Source of the DNA: Acidimicrobiales bacterium | GTDB taxonomy: Bacteria; Actinomycetota; Acidimicrobiia; Acidimicrobiales; RAAP-2 | NCBI GenBank assembly: GCA_036264255.1 | Contig: DATARI010000132.1 | Location: forward strand, 2,775-66,774 | Direction: 5' to 3' | DNA: 64,000 nt | In this document: piece after piece, positions 28,168 to 37,743 of the stretch | Layout of the letters: every line of letters begins with the position of its first letter | Position numbering within the stretch: the first letter of the stretch is position 1 | The notes under the pieces: generated by a model | What the model was told of the DNA's origin: nothing | Databases searched by the model: none | Seen by the model: only the letters and a program-made list of their open reading frames with translations | Translations under genes and position numbers: made by a program

Positions 28168-29727
28168 GTGGCCACCCCGGCCGAACTGGCGCTGGAGCGC
28201 ACCGACCTCGACGACGCCCAGCTGGCCCACGTGAAGCGACTGATGGGGACCTGGGGGATCCTGGCCGACCTCTCCTTCTCCGACCTGGTGCTGATGGCAC
28301 CGATGGCGGAGATCCCCCATCAGGTCCGGAGCGGGGAGCAGGAGCTGGTGATCCTCGGCCAGATGCGCCCCTCCAACAGTGCCACCGTGGTGCAGCACGA
28401 CCTGGTGGGCCAGTCGGTCGACGCCGCCGACTGGCCGGTCGTGACCGCCTCCTGGCAGTCGGGCGAGGTGGCCCGGGGGGAGATGCAGATGGAGCCGGAG
28501 GAGGAGCCGGTCCGGGTGCACTGCATCCCGGTGCGTTGCGAGGGCACCCTGGTGGCGGTCCTGGCCCGGCTGGTGGCGGGGGCCGGGCGCCGGCCCGGAC
28601 ATCTCGAACGTACCTACCGGGACGTCTTCGACCGGTTCGCACTGATGTTGTCGGAGTCGACCTTCCCGTTCCCGAGCGAAGAGGTGGCCACCGAAGAGGC
28701 CCCGAGGGTCGGGGACGGCATCGTGCTGGTCGACGAAGAGGGCAGGGTGCGCTACGCCTCGCCGAACGCCACCAACGCGCTGCACCGCATGGGGATGTAC
28801 TCGCAACTCGAGGGTCGCCGCCTCTATGACCTGGGCCTGGAGGAGTCAGCCATCGAGTGGGCGCTGGCCTCGGCCCTGCCGGTGGTCGAGGAGGTGGAGC
28901 GCCGACCCGACGTCAGCGTCTTGTTGCACTGCGTCCCGCTGCTGTCCCACGGCAACGTGACCGGCTGTCTGGTGCTCCTGCGGGACGTGACCGACGTCCG
29001 GCGTCTCGACCGCCTGCTGCTGTCCAAGGACGCCGCCATCCGGGAGGTCCACCACCGGGTGAAGAACAACCTCCAGACCATCTCCGCCCTGCTCCGCCTC
29101 CAGGCCCGGCGGCTGCCCCCCGGCGTCGGCCGGGTGGCGCTCTTCGAGGCGGAGCGACGGGTCCGCTCCATCTCCATCGTCCACGAGATCCTCTCCCGGG
29201 AGCCGAGCGACCAGGTGCCGTTCGACGAGATCGTCTCCGCCCTCATCCGGATGGCGGAGGACTCGGTGTTGTCGTCGGCCAAGGTGACCTTCAGCGTGAC
29301 CGGTGAGCTCGGCGAGGTCCCGGCCGATGTCGCCACCCCCTTGGCGGTGGTATTGGCCGAGCTGCTGCAGAACGCCGTCGAGCACGCCTTCATCGAGTTC
29401 GACGAGGACGACGCCGACCGACCCGACCACCCCGGGGCGGGTGCCGGCCGGGAAGCCCCGAAAGCCGTCGGTCACATCGCCGTCCACCTGGTGGCCGACG
29501 ACGCCTGTCTGAGTGTCGAAGTGTCGGATGACGGCTCCGGGCTCCCGGAGGGATTCGACTTCGACGTGACCACCAGCCTGGGTCTCTCCATCGTCCGGGA
29601 TCTGGTCAGGACCCAGCTGGAGGGGACCATCGTGATGCGCAACCGGCACCAGGACGATGCCGGGGCGACCGGCACCGCGGTGCTGATCGAGTTGCCCGTG
29701 CGCGAAGCCCAACGGGTCGGTTCCTAG
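28168..29727 (+). CDS. Cytoplasmic sensor histidine kinase, PdtaS-like (HisKA_2 + HATPase)
   Basis: H-box EVHHRVKNNLQTISALLRLQARR (HisKA_2 type) and ATPase blocks LAELLQNAVEHA and SDDGSGLPEGFD. No TM segments. Lies convergent with whiB, as pdtaS does with whiB1 in M. tuberculosis. Confidence 0.8.
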   Translation: MATPAELALERTDLDDAQLAHVKRLMGTWGILADLSFSDLVLMAPMAEIPHQVRSGEQELVILGQMRPSNSATVVQHDLVGQSVDAADWPVVTASWQSGEVARGEMQMEPEEEPVRVHCIPVRCEGTLVAVLARLVAGAGRRPGHLERTYRDVFDRFALMLSESTFPFPSEEVATEEAPRVGDGIVLVDEEGRVRYASPNATNALHRMGMYSQLEGRRLYDLGLEESAIEWALASALPVVEEVERRPDVSVLLHCVPLLSHGNVTGCLVLLRDVTDVRRLDRLLLSKDAAIREVHHRVKNNLQTISALLRLQARRLPPGVGRVALFEAERRVRSISIVHEILSREPSDQVPFDEIVSALIRMAEDSVLSSAKVTFSVTGELGEVPADVATPLAVVLAELLQNAVEHAFIEFDEDDADRPDHPGAGAGREAPKAVGHIAVHLVADDACLSVEVSDDGSGLPEGFDFDVTTSLGLSIVRDLVRTQLEGTIVMRNRHQDDAGATGTAVLIELPVREAQRVGS

Positions 29728-29769
29728 GGTCGAGGCGTTGCCGGCCGACGCCGGGGAGTCAGGCCAGGG

Positions 29770-30060
29770 TCAGGAAGCGCGGCGGCGGGAGGCCAGCCAG
29801 GCCTTGCGGAGCTTGCGTCGCTCCTCTTCGGAGGTCCCACCCCAGACACCGGACTCCTGATTGGTGGCGAGGGCGAAGTCGAGGCAGGGCTCCTGGGCGT
29901 CGCAGATCCGGCAGACCCGCTTGGCCGCCTCGATCTGGTCGACCGCGGGACCGGTGGTGCCGATGGGGAAGAAGAGGTCGGGTTCGGTGCTGCGACAGGC
30001 GGCCAAATCGCGCCAGTCGCCCTCATCCCACTCGACCGTCCGATTCCACACGAGGGCCAC
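29770..30060 (-). CDS. whiB: WhiB-family Fe-S transcription factor (WhiB1-like)
   Basis: Four Cys (AACRS; VCRICDAQEPC) and GVWGGTSEEERRKLRK. GTG 30060 is preceded by AGGAAG. In-frame alternative starts are at 30051 and 30099. Confidence 0.9.
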   Translation of the reverse strand: MALVWNRTVEWDEGDWRDLAACRSTEPDLFFPIGTTGPAVDQIEAAKRVCRICDAQEPCLDFALATNQESGVWGGTSEEERRKLRKAWLASRRRAS

Positions 30061-30099
30061 GATGCTTCCTCCGCTCCCGATTCCGAGATATGCCCCCAT

Positions 30100-30115
30100 T
30101 GTGATCTGTTTCACA
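30100..30115. promoter_or_regulatory. Crp/Fnr-type binding-site candidate TGTGA-N6-TCACA upstream of whiB
   Basis: An exact TGTGATCTGTTTCACA in the comparatively AT-richer whiB upstream region. M. tuberculosis whiB1 is known to be Crp-regulated. Confidence 0.55.
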
Positions 30116-30217
30116 TGGATCAGCGCCGAAGAGTCGCCGTCCATTTGGGGTTCCCCCCTAGAGTACCCACCGAAGGGCGCAGTTGCAAGCAATTTTGACC
30201 GGCAATTAGCCCCCTGA

Positions 30218-30970
30218 TTGGCAGTTATCGCGCCGAGAGGACACCGGAGGGATGACGATTTGAGGGTGGCCATCCAGGCCCACCGCGGCAGTCCCGACCC
30301 CTCGCAGGGGATCGCCGAGAACACCCTGGAGGCGTTCGCCCGGGCCCGCCAGCTGGGTGCCGACGGGGTCGAGCTCGACGTCCGGCTGACCGCCGACGGT
30401 GCCCTGGCCGTCCATCACGATGCCGTCATCCTCGGGGTCGGGGAGGTGGCCCACCTGGAGGTCCACCACCTGCCCGATCACGTGCCGCTGCTCCCGGCGG
30501 TGTTGGCCGTCTGCGCCGGGCTCACGGTGAACATCGAGGTGAAGAACCTCCCGACCGAGTCGGGCTACGACCCCGATGAGGCCGCCGCCCGGGGGGTGGC
30601 CGACGCCATCGCCCAGGCCGATCCGGGGGTCGACACCGTGGTCTCGTCGTTCTGGCCCCCGTCGCTGGCCGCGGTGCTGGCGGTGGACCCGACCCTCGCC
30701 ACCGGCCTGTTGCTGCCCGGGTGGGCCGATCCGGCCGCCAGCCTGGCCCTGGCCCTGGACCTGGGCTGCCGGGCCCTCCATCTCCACCGGTCGCTGGTCA
30801 CCGCCTCGGTGGTGGCCGACATCCACGCCGCCGGTCTGGCGGCCGCCGTCTGGACGGTGAACGACCGGGCAGAAATCGCCACCCTGGCCGCCCTCGGGGT
30901 GGACACCATCATCACCGACGACGTCCCCCTGGCCCTGGCCAGCGTCCCCGACCAGGTCAACCCGGCCTGA
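30218..30970 (+). CDS. Glycerophosphodiester phosphodiesterase
   Basis: AHRGSP...ENTLEAFARARQLGADGVELDVRLTADGALAVHHD (GDPD motifs). The start is uncertain: TTG 30218 or TTG 30260. Confidence 0.85.
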   Translation: MAVIAPRGHRRDDDLRVAIQAHRGSPDPSQGIAENTLEAFARARQLGADGVELDVRLTADGALAVHHDAVILGVGEVAHLEVHHLPDHVPLLPAVLAVCAGLTVNIEVKNLPTESGYDPDEAAARGVADAIAQADPGVDTVVSSFWPPSLAAVLAVDPTLATGLLLPGWADPAASLALALDLGCRALHLHRSLVTASVVADIHAAGLAAAVWTVNDRAEIATLAALGVDTIITDDVPLALASVPDQVNPA

Positions 30971-31093
30971 GGGCCGACCGAACGGGTCCCGGAGCCGATC
31001 ACCCGGGCCGGATCACCGGGGAGCAAGCGTCCTGACCAGGACTCCCGTCCCCGATTGGTCGTTATGGCCGTTTTTCGTCAACAATGCACGGCC

Positions 31094-31873
31094 ATGAACG
31101 TCGTCGTCTGTGTGAAACAGATCCCCGATCCGGCCGCGCCGGCCGCTCTCGACCCGGGGACGAAGAACCTGTCCCGAGCCGGAAAGCTCATCCTCGATGA
31201 CTCCGACGCCTACGGTGTCGAGATGGCATTGCAGCTGGTCGACAAGGCCGGCGAGGGCGAAGTGACCCTGGTCTCCATGGCCCCGAACGGGGAGACCTCC
31301 GGTCTCCGCACCGCCCTGGCCATGGGGGCGGCCAAGGCCATCCTGATCAGCGATGACAGCCTGGCGGGCTCCGATGCCCTCGGCACCGCCAAGGTGCTGG
31401 ACGCCGCCATCAAGCGGGCGGAGCCCGACCTGATCCTGGCCGCCACCGAGTCCACCGACGGCTACACCGGGACCACCCCGGTCCAGATCGCCGAGCTCCT
31501 CGGACTGCCGTCGGTCACCTTCGCCAAGAAGGTCGAGGTCGAAGGGAATTCGGTGAAGGTCGAGCGGCAGACCGAGTCCGGCTACGACGAGGTCGAGAGC
31601 CCGCTGCCCGCCCTGGTCACCGTCACCGCCGGCGTCGTCGAGACCCGCTACCCCTCCTTCAAGGGGATCATGGCGGCCAAGTCGAAGCCGGTCGAGAACC
31701 TGACGGTTGCCGATCTCGGCATCGACGCCAGCCAGGTGGGGGCCACCGGTGCCCGCCAGGAGATCATCGATGTAGCCGAATCCGAGGCGCGAAGCTCCGG
31801 CGAGGTCGTCGTCGACGAAGGTGACGCCTTCGAGCGCATCATCCAGTTCCTCGAGCAGCTGAAGGTCCTGTAG
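31094..31873 (+). CDS. etfB: Electron transfer flavoprotein beta subunit
   Basis: MNVVVCVKQIPDPAAP N-terminus and ALAMGAAKAILISD. Followed by etfA. Confidence 0.9.
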   Translation: MNVVVCVKQIPDPAAPAALDPGTKNLSRAGKLILDDSDAYGVEMALQLVDKAGEGEVTLVSMAPNGETSGLRTALAMGAAKAILISDDSLAGSDALGTAKVLDAAIKRAEPDLILAATESTDGYTGTTPVQIAELLGLPSVTFAKKVEVEGNSVKVERQTESGYDEVESPLPALVTVTAGVVETRYPSFKGIMAAKSKPVENLTVADLGIDASQVGATGARQEIIDVAESEARSSGEVVVDEGDAFERIIQFLEQLKVL

Positions 31874-31900
31874 GGACCGGGTAGGGAGAACAAGCACACC

Positions 31901-32872
31901 ATGTCCATCGACAAGATCTGGGTCCTGGCCGAAGTGGCCGACGGGAAGCCCATCACCGCCAGTCTCGAGTTGATCAGCCACGCCAAGACGCTGGCCGGAA
32001 CGGTGGAGGCCGTCGCCTACGGCGAGGAGACCTCGGCGATCGCCGCAACCCTCGGCGAGTACGGCGCCACCACCGTCCATGACGTCGGCGACCTCGGCGG
32101 TGCGCTTCCGGGCGTGCCGGTGGCCGGGGCCATCGCCGCCGCCATCGAGGGCGGAAACGGTCCCGACGCCATCCTGTTCCCCGCCACTTATGACGGCCGG
32201 GACATTGCCGGGAGGCTGTCGGCGAAGATCGACAAGCCGGTCCTCACCAACGTGGTCGGCCTGGTGGCCGGCGACGGCGGCCTCACCACCCAACACGCCA
32301 TCTTCGGTGGCGCCCAGGTCGCCACCGCCCACTTCACCGGCGACGGGCCCGGCCTCTTCGTGATCCGGGCCAAGTCGTTCCCGGCGGAGGCATCCGGGGG
32401 TGGACCGGCGGAAGTGGTGGCGGCACCGGCACCCGAGAGCGGCGCCTCCAACGCCGCCAAGATCGTGGCTCGCCACGTCGAAGAGCGCACCGGTCCGAAG
32501 CTCGACGAGGCCGACGTGGTCGTCTCCGGCGGGCGGGGTCTGGGCGAGAAGGAGAACTACGCCCTCATCGAGGAGCTGGCCACCCTGCTGCACGGAGCGG
32601 CGGGCGCCAGTCGTGCCATCGTCGACGCCGGGTGGGTGCCCTACTCCCACCAGGTCGGGCAGACCGGGAAGACGGTCAAGCCGACCGTGTACATCGCCTG
32701 TGGCATCTCCGGGGCCACCCAGCACCTGGTGGGCATGAAGAACTCCAAGAACATCGTGGCCATCAACAAGGACCAGGACGCCCCGATCTTCTCGGTCGCC
32801 GACTTGGGGATCGTGGGCGACGTCCACAAGGTGCTCCCCAAGCTCATCGAGGCGCTGAAGGCCCGGAGCTGA
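31901..32872 (+). CDS. etfA: Electron transfer flavoprotein alpha subunit
   Basis: C-terminal FAD-binding block [28 protein letters not shown]...[13 protein letters not shown]. Confidence 0.9.
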   Translation: MSIDKIWVLAEVADGKPITASLELISHAKTLAGTVEAVAYGEETSAIAATLGEYGATTVHDVGDLGGALPGVPVAGAIAAAIEGGNGPDAILFPATYDGRDIAGRLSAKIDKPVLTNVVGLVAGDGGLTTQHAIFGGAQVATAHFTGDGPGLFVIRAKSFPAEASGGGPAEVVAAPAPESGASNAAKIVARHVEERTGPKLDEADVVVSGGRGLGEKENYALIEELATLLHGAAGASRAIVDAGWVPYSHQVGQTGKTVKPTVYIACGISGATQHLVGMKNSKNIVAINKDQDAPIFSVADLGIVGDVHKVLPKLIEALKARS

Positions 32873-32913
32873 TCGATCCAACCGCGGGACTCTCCTAAGG
32901 TCTCGCCCATCAG

Positions 32914-32933
32914 CCACTACCGAGCGGTAGTGG
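32914..32933 (+). terminator. Short hairpin downstream of etfA
   Basis: CCACTACC-GAGC-GGTAGTGG (8-bp stem), 42 nt after the etfA stop. No U-tract is present. Confidence 0.3.
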
Positions 32934-33030
32934 AATGCATCAATAGCCGCCGGCACCGTGACGGGTAGGGTCGGGACTCGTGTCGCGCCGCCGCGTCCTC
33001 CACCGACCGCCCGATTCGAACCACTGAACC

Positions 33031-34452
33031 ATGCTCTTTCCCACCATCGACTTCGCCATCTTCTTCGCCGTGGTCTTCTCGGTGAGCTGGCTTCTCAACC
33101 CCTATTCGGGGCCGTGGAAGATGTTCATGGTGGCGGCCAGCTACTTCTTCTACGCCTGGGCCGACTGGAGGTTCATCTTCCTGCTGGCCGCTTCGACGGT
33201 GATCGCCTACACCGGGGCCGGCATTCTCGATCGGCTGGAAGGTCAGGCCAAGCGGATCACCCTCTGGGTGACACTCGCCCTGTTGCTCGGGCTACTGGCC
33301 TGGTTCAAGTACTACGTCTTCTTCACCGTCAACGTCGACAACGTCTTCCATTTCATGGGGGCCGGTCGGCCGTTGCCGCTGCTCAACGTGGTCCTGCCCA
33401 TCGCCATCTCGTTCTTCACCTTCATGGCCATCAGCTACGTGGTCGACGTCTACCGGGGGACGCTGAAGACGGCCCGGCCGATGGACCTGGCCGTCTACCT
33501 TTCCTTCTTCCCCCATCTGGTCGCCGGCCCCATCGTGCGGGGCACCGAGCTCCTGCCCCAGATCCGCCGCCGGCGGGATCCGGCCCACATCCAGTACACC
33601 GAAGCCTTCTGGCTCATCGTGGCCGGGCTGGCCAAGAAGGTGGTCCTGTCCTCCTACCTGGCCACCTACGTGGTCGACCCCGTCTTCGCCTCCCCCCACC
33701 AGCACTCCGGGTTGGAGGTCATCTTCGCGGTGTGGGGCTACGCGGTGCAGATCTACGCCGACTTCAGCGGCTACACCGACATCGCCATCGGCATCGCCCT
33801 CCTGCTCGGGTTCCGGTTCCCCCAGAACTTCAACCGGCCCTACACCGCGGTGTCCCTCCAGGACTTCTGGCGGCGCTGGCACATGACCCTGTCCTACTGG
33901 CTCCGCGACTACCTCTACATCCCGCTCGGCGGCAACCGGGGCCCGGAGTGGAGGATCTCGCTGAACATCCTCATCACCATGCTGCTCGGAGGGCTCTGGC
34001 ACGGGGCGGCCTGGACATTCATCGGCTGGGGCGTCTTCCATGGCGTCGGCCAGATCATCGGGCGCCAGCGCCGGTTGTGGCGGAAGGCCCACGGGCTGCC
34101 GCTCGAGCCGGGCGGCTGGGGCCGGATCGCGCTCGCCCAGTTCGTCACCTTCCAACTCGTCTGCGTCGGGTGGCTGTTCTTCCGGGCCACCTCGTTCTCC
34201 AACGCCTGGTCGATGTTCGGCCAGCTCTTCCATGGATGGGGATCGTCCCCCTTGGTGACTCCCCTGGCGATCCTGGCGGTGGCGGTCGGCATCGCCACCC
34301 AATTCATGCCCGACGGGTGGATCGAAGTGGCCAAGAAGGCCTTCAGCGAACGCCGACTCGCCGTCCAGGGAGGCATACTGGGGGTGATTCTGTTGGGTAT
34401 CACCACGCTTGGGCCCGCCGGCGTGGCACCGTTCATCTACTACCGGTTCTGA
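33031..34452 (+). CDS. MBOAT-family membrane O-acyltransferase (AlgI/PatA/DltB-like)
   Basis: Polytopic. Contains FWRRWHMTLSYWLRDYLYIPLGGNRG and the conserved His region LLGGLWHGAAW. Confidence 0.9.
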   Translation: MLFPTIDFAIFFAVVFSVSWLLNPYSGPWKMFMVAASYFFYAWADWRFIFLLAASTVIAYTGAGILDRLEGQAKRITLWVTLALLLGLLAWFKYYVFFTVNVDNVFHFMGAGRPLPLLNVVLPIAISFFTFMAISYVVDVYRGTLKTARPMDLAVYLSFFPHLVAGPIVRGTELLPQIRRRRDPAHIQYTEAFWLIVAGLAKKVVLSSYLATYVVDPVFASPHQHSGLEVIFAVWGYAVQIYADFSGYTDIAIGIALLLGFRFPQNFNRPYTAVSLQDFWRRWHMTLSYWLRDYLYIPLGGNRGPEWRISLNILITMLLGGLWHGAAWTFIGWGVFHGVGQIIGRQRRLWRKAHGLPLEPGGWGRIALAQFVTFQLVCVGWLFFRATSFSNAWSMFGQLFHGWGSSPLVTPLAILAVAVGIATQFMPDGWIEVAKKAFSERRLAVQGGILGVILLGITTLGPAGVAPFIYYRF

Positions 34453-34453
34453 C

Positions 34454-35776
34454 GTGAACACTCTTCCTGACACTCCGTCGACGTCCCAACCGGAGCTCCC
34501 GCTCCCGATCGGGCCGGCGATCGGCAGCCCCGCGAACGACTCCGCGGCTCCTGACGCCGCGGTTCGCGAGGCCGCGGTTCGGGAGACGACCCCTCGGTCC
34601 GTGGTTCGCGAGACGACTCCTGGCTCCGCGGTTCGCGACACCGCGGCAACCGACACCGCGGCGACCGAGAGGGCGGCAACGGAGAGGGCGGTAGCCGAGC
34701 GCGAGCCTCCCGTGTCCGAGGGCGCCGGTCGAAACGGCCGGGCTCGGCCTCCCGCCAGCGGGCCGGTGCTTCCGTGGACCCGGGTCCTCTACATCGGCCT
34801 CATCTGCTTTGCCGTGTGGTTGGTTCTCGACGCCCCCAGCCTCCAGAAGTCGGCCCAGTCTTCGCCGCTCGGTGCCCGGCGCACGGTGTCCCTGGACCTG
34901 GTCGGCCCGATCGCCGCCGTGAGTCGCGGGCTCGGGCTGTCCCATTTCGTCGGCTGGGCCGACGACATCCTCGGACGGTCGGTCGGCGGCGGCCCGTCGC
35001 TGGCCGTCGCCACCCCGCCGGCGATCCCCAAGGGCCAGACGCCGACGCCCACCACCGGCCCGATCACCGCCACCCCGACCACCCCGACCACCCTGCCCCC
35101 CCTGCCGCCACTGCCCCAGCACCCGACGGCGGCGAACCCTCTGCACGTGGTGATCATCGGCGACTCGATCGGGATCGACCTCGGTCAGCCGCTGACCAAC
35201 GACCTGATCGGCACCGGGGTGGTGTCAGCCACCCTGGACGGCAAGATCGACACCGGGTTGTCGCGCCCCGACTACTTCAACTGGCCGGCTGAGCTCCAGG
35301 CCGACCTCGCCATCCACCATCCCCAACTGGTGGTGGTGATGATGGGCGCCAACGACCCCCAGAGCCTGGTGGTCAACGGGACGGCAGTGGCGTACGGCAC
35401 CGCCGCCTGGAACGCCGCCTACTCGCAGCGTGCCGGGGCGTTCATGGACAGCGCCACCGCGTCCGGCGCCCACATGCTCTGGGTGGGGATGCCGCCGATG
35501 GCCGGCGCCGGGCTGGATGGGCAGATGAACACGGTGAACAGCCTGGTGCAGGCCCAGGCGACCGCCCGGCCGGCCGGGGTCACCTTCCTCAGCTCCCGCA
35601 CGGTGCTCGGCACCCCCCAGGGCGGCTACACCGCCTATTTGACCACCGGGTCGGGCGCCGAGGTCAACATCCGGACCCCCGACGGGATCCACCTGACCCC
35701 CGACGGGGGCGAAGTGCTGTCCCAGGCGGTCATGAACTACATGCGCTCGGTCCTCAAGATCGGCCTTCCGGGCTGA
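34454..35776 (+). CDS. Membrane-anchored SGNH/GDSL-type hydrolase (DUF459/AlgJ-PatB-like partner)
   Basis: GTG start 2 nt after the MBOAT stop. In order: a low-complexity N-terminus, a TM segment (VLYIGLICFAVWLVL), a Pro/Thr linker, block I VVIIGDSIG and block V DGIHLTPDGG. Confidence 0.75.
   Translation: MNTLPDTPSTSQPELPLPIGPAIGSPANDSAAPDAAVREAAVRETTPRSVVRETTPGSAVRDTAATDTAATERAATERAVAEREPPVSEGAGRNGRARPPASGPVLPWTRVLYIGLICFAVWLVLDAPSLQKSAQSSPLGARRTVSLDLVGPIAAVSRGLGLSHFVGWADDILGRSVGGGPSLAVATPPAIPKGQTPTPTTGPITATPTTPTTLPPLPPLPQHPTAANPLHVVIIGDSIGIDLGQPLTNDLIGTGVVSATLDGKIDTGLSRPDYFNWPAELQADLAIHHPQLVVVMMGANDPQSLVVNGTAVAYGTAAWNAAYSQRAGAFMDSATASGAHMLWVGMPPMAGAGLDGQMNTVNSLVQAQATARPAGVTFLSSRTVLGTPQGGYTAYLTTGSGAEVNIRTPDGIHLTPDGGEVLSQAVMNYMRSVLKIGLPG
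34556..34702 (+). repeat. Degenerate in-frame tandem repeats (5-aa and 9-aa units)
   Basis: Encodes AAVRE-AAVRE-TTPRSVVRE-TTPGSAVRD-TAATD-TAATE-RAATE-RAVAE. The nucleotide units GCCGCGGTTCG(C/G)GAG and ACCGCGGC(A/G)ACCGA(C/G) are visibly reiterated. Confidence 0.8.
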
Positions 35777-35800
35777 ACCCCGACATCGGCGACTCCGCGA

Positions 35801-36562
35801 CTAGATGAGCGGCCACGGGTAGGGGTGGCCGTCGCCTTCCGGCTCCGGGAACACCGGGTAGTCGAGAAGCGCCCGGATGCGGGAGACCAGCGCGTCGCAT
35901 TCCCGCCGGTCGAGGTGACGGACCAGGTCGTCGGGGAGATCGCCCGCCAGCCCTTCGAGGTCGGCCAGCTCCGACTCCGGCACCTCGTCGCCGGCGTAGT
36001 CCCACATCACCGTGCGCAGCTTGGGTTGGGTGTGGAAGCACAGCCCGTGGTCGATGCCCCACAGACGGCCGTCGCCGCCGTTGAGCACGTGACCGCTCTT
36101 CCGGTCGGCGTTGTTGGCCACCACATCGAACAGGCAGATGGTGCGAAGCCGGCGGTCGTAGTCGCCGCTCTCGAAGAGGGTGAAGTAGTGCTGCTCGTAG
36201 TCGGCATCCACGAAGAGTTGGAGTGACCCGGGGCCGAAGGGCCCGTCCTCGATCGCCACGGTCGGCGGTACCAGCCCCCAGCCCAGAGCCTCGGAGAGCG
36301 CGTAGGCCGCCACCTCCCGGCGGTAGAGGTTGCCGGGGAAATCCCAGAGATCACGCTCGCCTTCTCCCGGCTTGTAGACCGCCCGCAACGGCCCGTCGCC
36401 CACCGTGACCAGAAACGTCAGGTTGGAGCTCCAGGGAAGCCGTCCCTCGACGACCAGCTCGGAGCCGGCCAGTTCGACCAGGGTGTCACCGAGTTCGGGG
36501 CCGTCGGCCGGCCTCCAGCCCGTCAGGTCGTCGGAGGCCGGTGGCCGTTTGTCCGTGGGCAT
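35801..36562 (-). CDS. SCO1664-family protein (PI3/PI4-kinase-like fold)
   Basis: YKPGEGERDLWDF..., FDVVANNADRKSGHVL and WGIDHGLCF are kinase-like catalytic/activation segments. Trimmed to ATG 36562, which overlaps the DUF3090 gene by 40 nt. Confidence 0.8.
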   Translation of the reverse strand: MPTDKRPPASDDLTGWRPADGPELGDTLVELAGSELVVEGRLPWSSNLTFLVTVGDGPLRAVYKPGEGERDLWDFPGNLYRREVAAYALSEALGWGLVPPTVAIEDGPFGPGSLQLFVDADYEQHYFTLFESGDYDRRLRTICLFDVVANNADRKSGHVLNGGDGRLWGIDHGLCFHTQPKLRTVMWDYAGDEVPESELADLEGLAGDLPDDLVRHLDRRECDALVSRIRALLDYPVFPEPEGDGHPYPWPLI

Positions 36563-37020
36563 TCGTGTCCGGAAGGGTCGAGCGGGGATCCGCAGAGCGG
36601 GCAGGGCGGCCGGCCGGAGCTGACCAGGCTGGTGGCGTGGATGGCGAAGGCGGCGGCCTGTTCCCGGGTTACCGACAGGCGGGCGATGGCGCCGCTCTCG
36701 TCCTCGGCGACCAGCTCCTCGATGACGATGATCACCCGGTCGTCGGCGCTGTCGTAGGAGACGCCCAGGGTGCCGATGGCCCATGCCGGTTCCGACGGCT
36801 CTTCCAGGGAGAGGTCGTCGGGGAGGTGGGCCGGGCGATCCTGGCCCTTGACGATCTGGGCCAGGTAGTCGGCCAGCACCGACACCTGCTGCTTCTCGAT
36901 CTTGAGGGTGAGCAGCAGCGGCCCCTGCCGGCACTGGATGAGGAACAGCCGCTGGCCCACCGGGCCCACCGTCCCGACGGTGAAGCGGTCCAGGGCGGAG
37001 AGGTCGTAGCCCTCGCTCAC
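36523..37020 (-). CDS. DUF3090-family protein (C-terminal Cys cluster)
   Basis: FTVGTVGPVGQRLFLIQCRQG...LKIEKQQV... and C-terminal CPLCGSPLDPSGHEC. GTGA overlap with the upstream phosphatase gene. Confidence 0.8.
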   Translation of the reverse strand: MSEGYDLSALDRFTVGTVGPVGQRLFLIQCRQGPLLLTLKIEKQQVSVLADYLAQIVKGQDRPAHLPDDLSLEEPSEPAWAIGTLGVSYDSADDRVIIVIEELVAEDESGAIARLSVTREQAAAFAIHATSLVSSGRPPCPLCGSPLDPSGHECPRTNGHRPPTT

Positions 37021-37679
37021 GACAGCCCCAGTCCCGACAGCGAGGCGGTGGTGTTGACGCAGAGCACGTGGGGGCCGCCTTCGCCGTAGGCGAGGGCACT
37101 CACCGAGCACGGCGACACCACCAGGCGCTGGAACTGGTCGAGATGGGTGCCGGCCGCCGCCGCCACCGCCGCCTTGATCGGATCGGCGTGGGACACCGCC
37201 ACGATCGTCTCCCCCTGGTGGAGGTGGACCAGGCGGGCGATGGTCGAGGTGATGCGGGCCTGCATCTCCAGGAAGGACTCGCCCCCGGGGAACCGGAAGC
37301 CGCTCGGCCACCGCTGGACCTGGGTCCACTCCGGCTTCTTGGCCAGGGACTTCAACGCCGCACCGGTCCACTGGCCGAAGTCGCATTCGAGCAGTCCCCG
37401 GTCCGACCGGACCCGGAGCCCGAGCTTTCGGGCGATGGGCTTGGCGGTCTCGAAGGTGCGCTCGAGGGGGGAGGCGTAGACGGCGACCGGGGCCCGCTTC
37501 CCCTCGCCGGTCAGCTCGCCGATGCGCCCGGCCACCTGGTCGGCTTGGGCGTGGCCCTGGTCGGAGAGGTGGAGATCCGGGGCGCGTCCCGGGAGGATTT
37601 TCCCGGTGGTGGGTGTGGTTCCGTGACGGACCAAAAGGACAACCGTCAGTCGGGGCGGGGAAGTCCGTCGGCTGGGCAT
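37017..37679 (-). CDS. Histidine-phosphatase superfamily protein, MSMEG_4193-type putative phosphomutase
   Basis: RHG motif LLVRHGTT and the second catalytic His region VAVSHADPIK. Confidence 0.85.
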   Translation of the reverse strand: MPSRRTSPPRLTVVLLVRHGTTPTTGKILPGRAPDLHLSDQGHAQADQVAGRIGELTGEGKRAPVAVYASPLERTFETAKPIARKLGLRVRSDRGLLECDFGQWTGAALKSLAKKPEWTQVQRWPSGFRFPGGESFLEMQARITSTIARLVHLHQGETIVAVSHADPIKAAVAAAAGTHLDQFQRLVVSPCSVSALAYGEGGPHVLCVNTTASLSGLGLS

Positions 37680-37743
37680 TTCCCGTCAACCGTACTCTGT
37701 CGCGACTGGCGCCCAACCGCCCGGGTCGCGGCTCGGGGGAACT

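Noticed and set aside
26582-28642. 686-aa minus-strand ORF across the O-methyltransferase, PHP phosphatase and kinase genes
   Set aside because: It is antisense to three well-supported plus-strand genes. The product is low-complexity and Arg/Gly/Pro-rich. It is a GC artefact.
31013-32956. 647-aa minus-strand ORF over etfB/etfA
   Set aside because: It is antisense to the clearly recognisable EtfB and EtfA. The composition is biased (G/D/L/R-rich) and no motif is visible.
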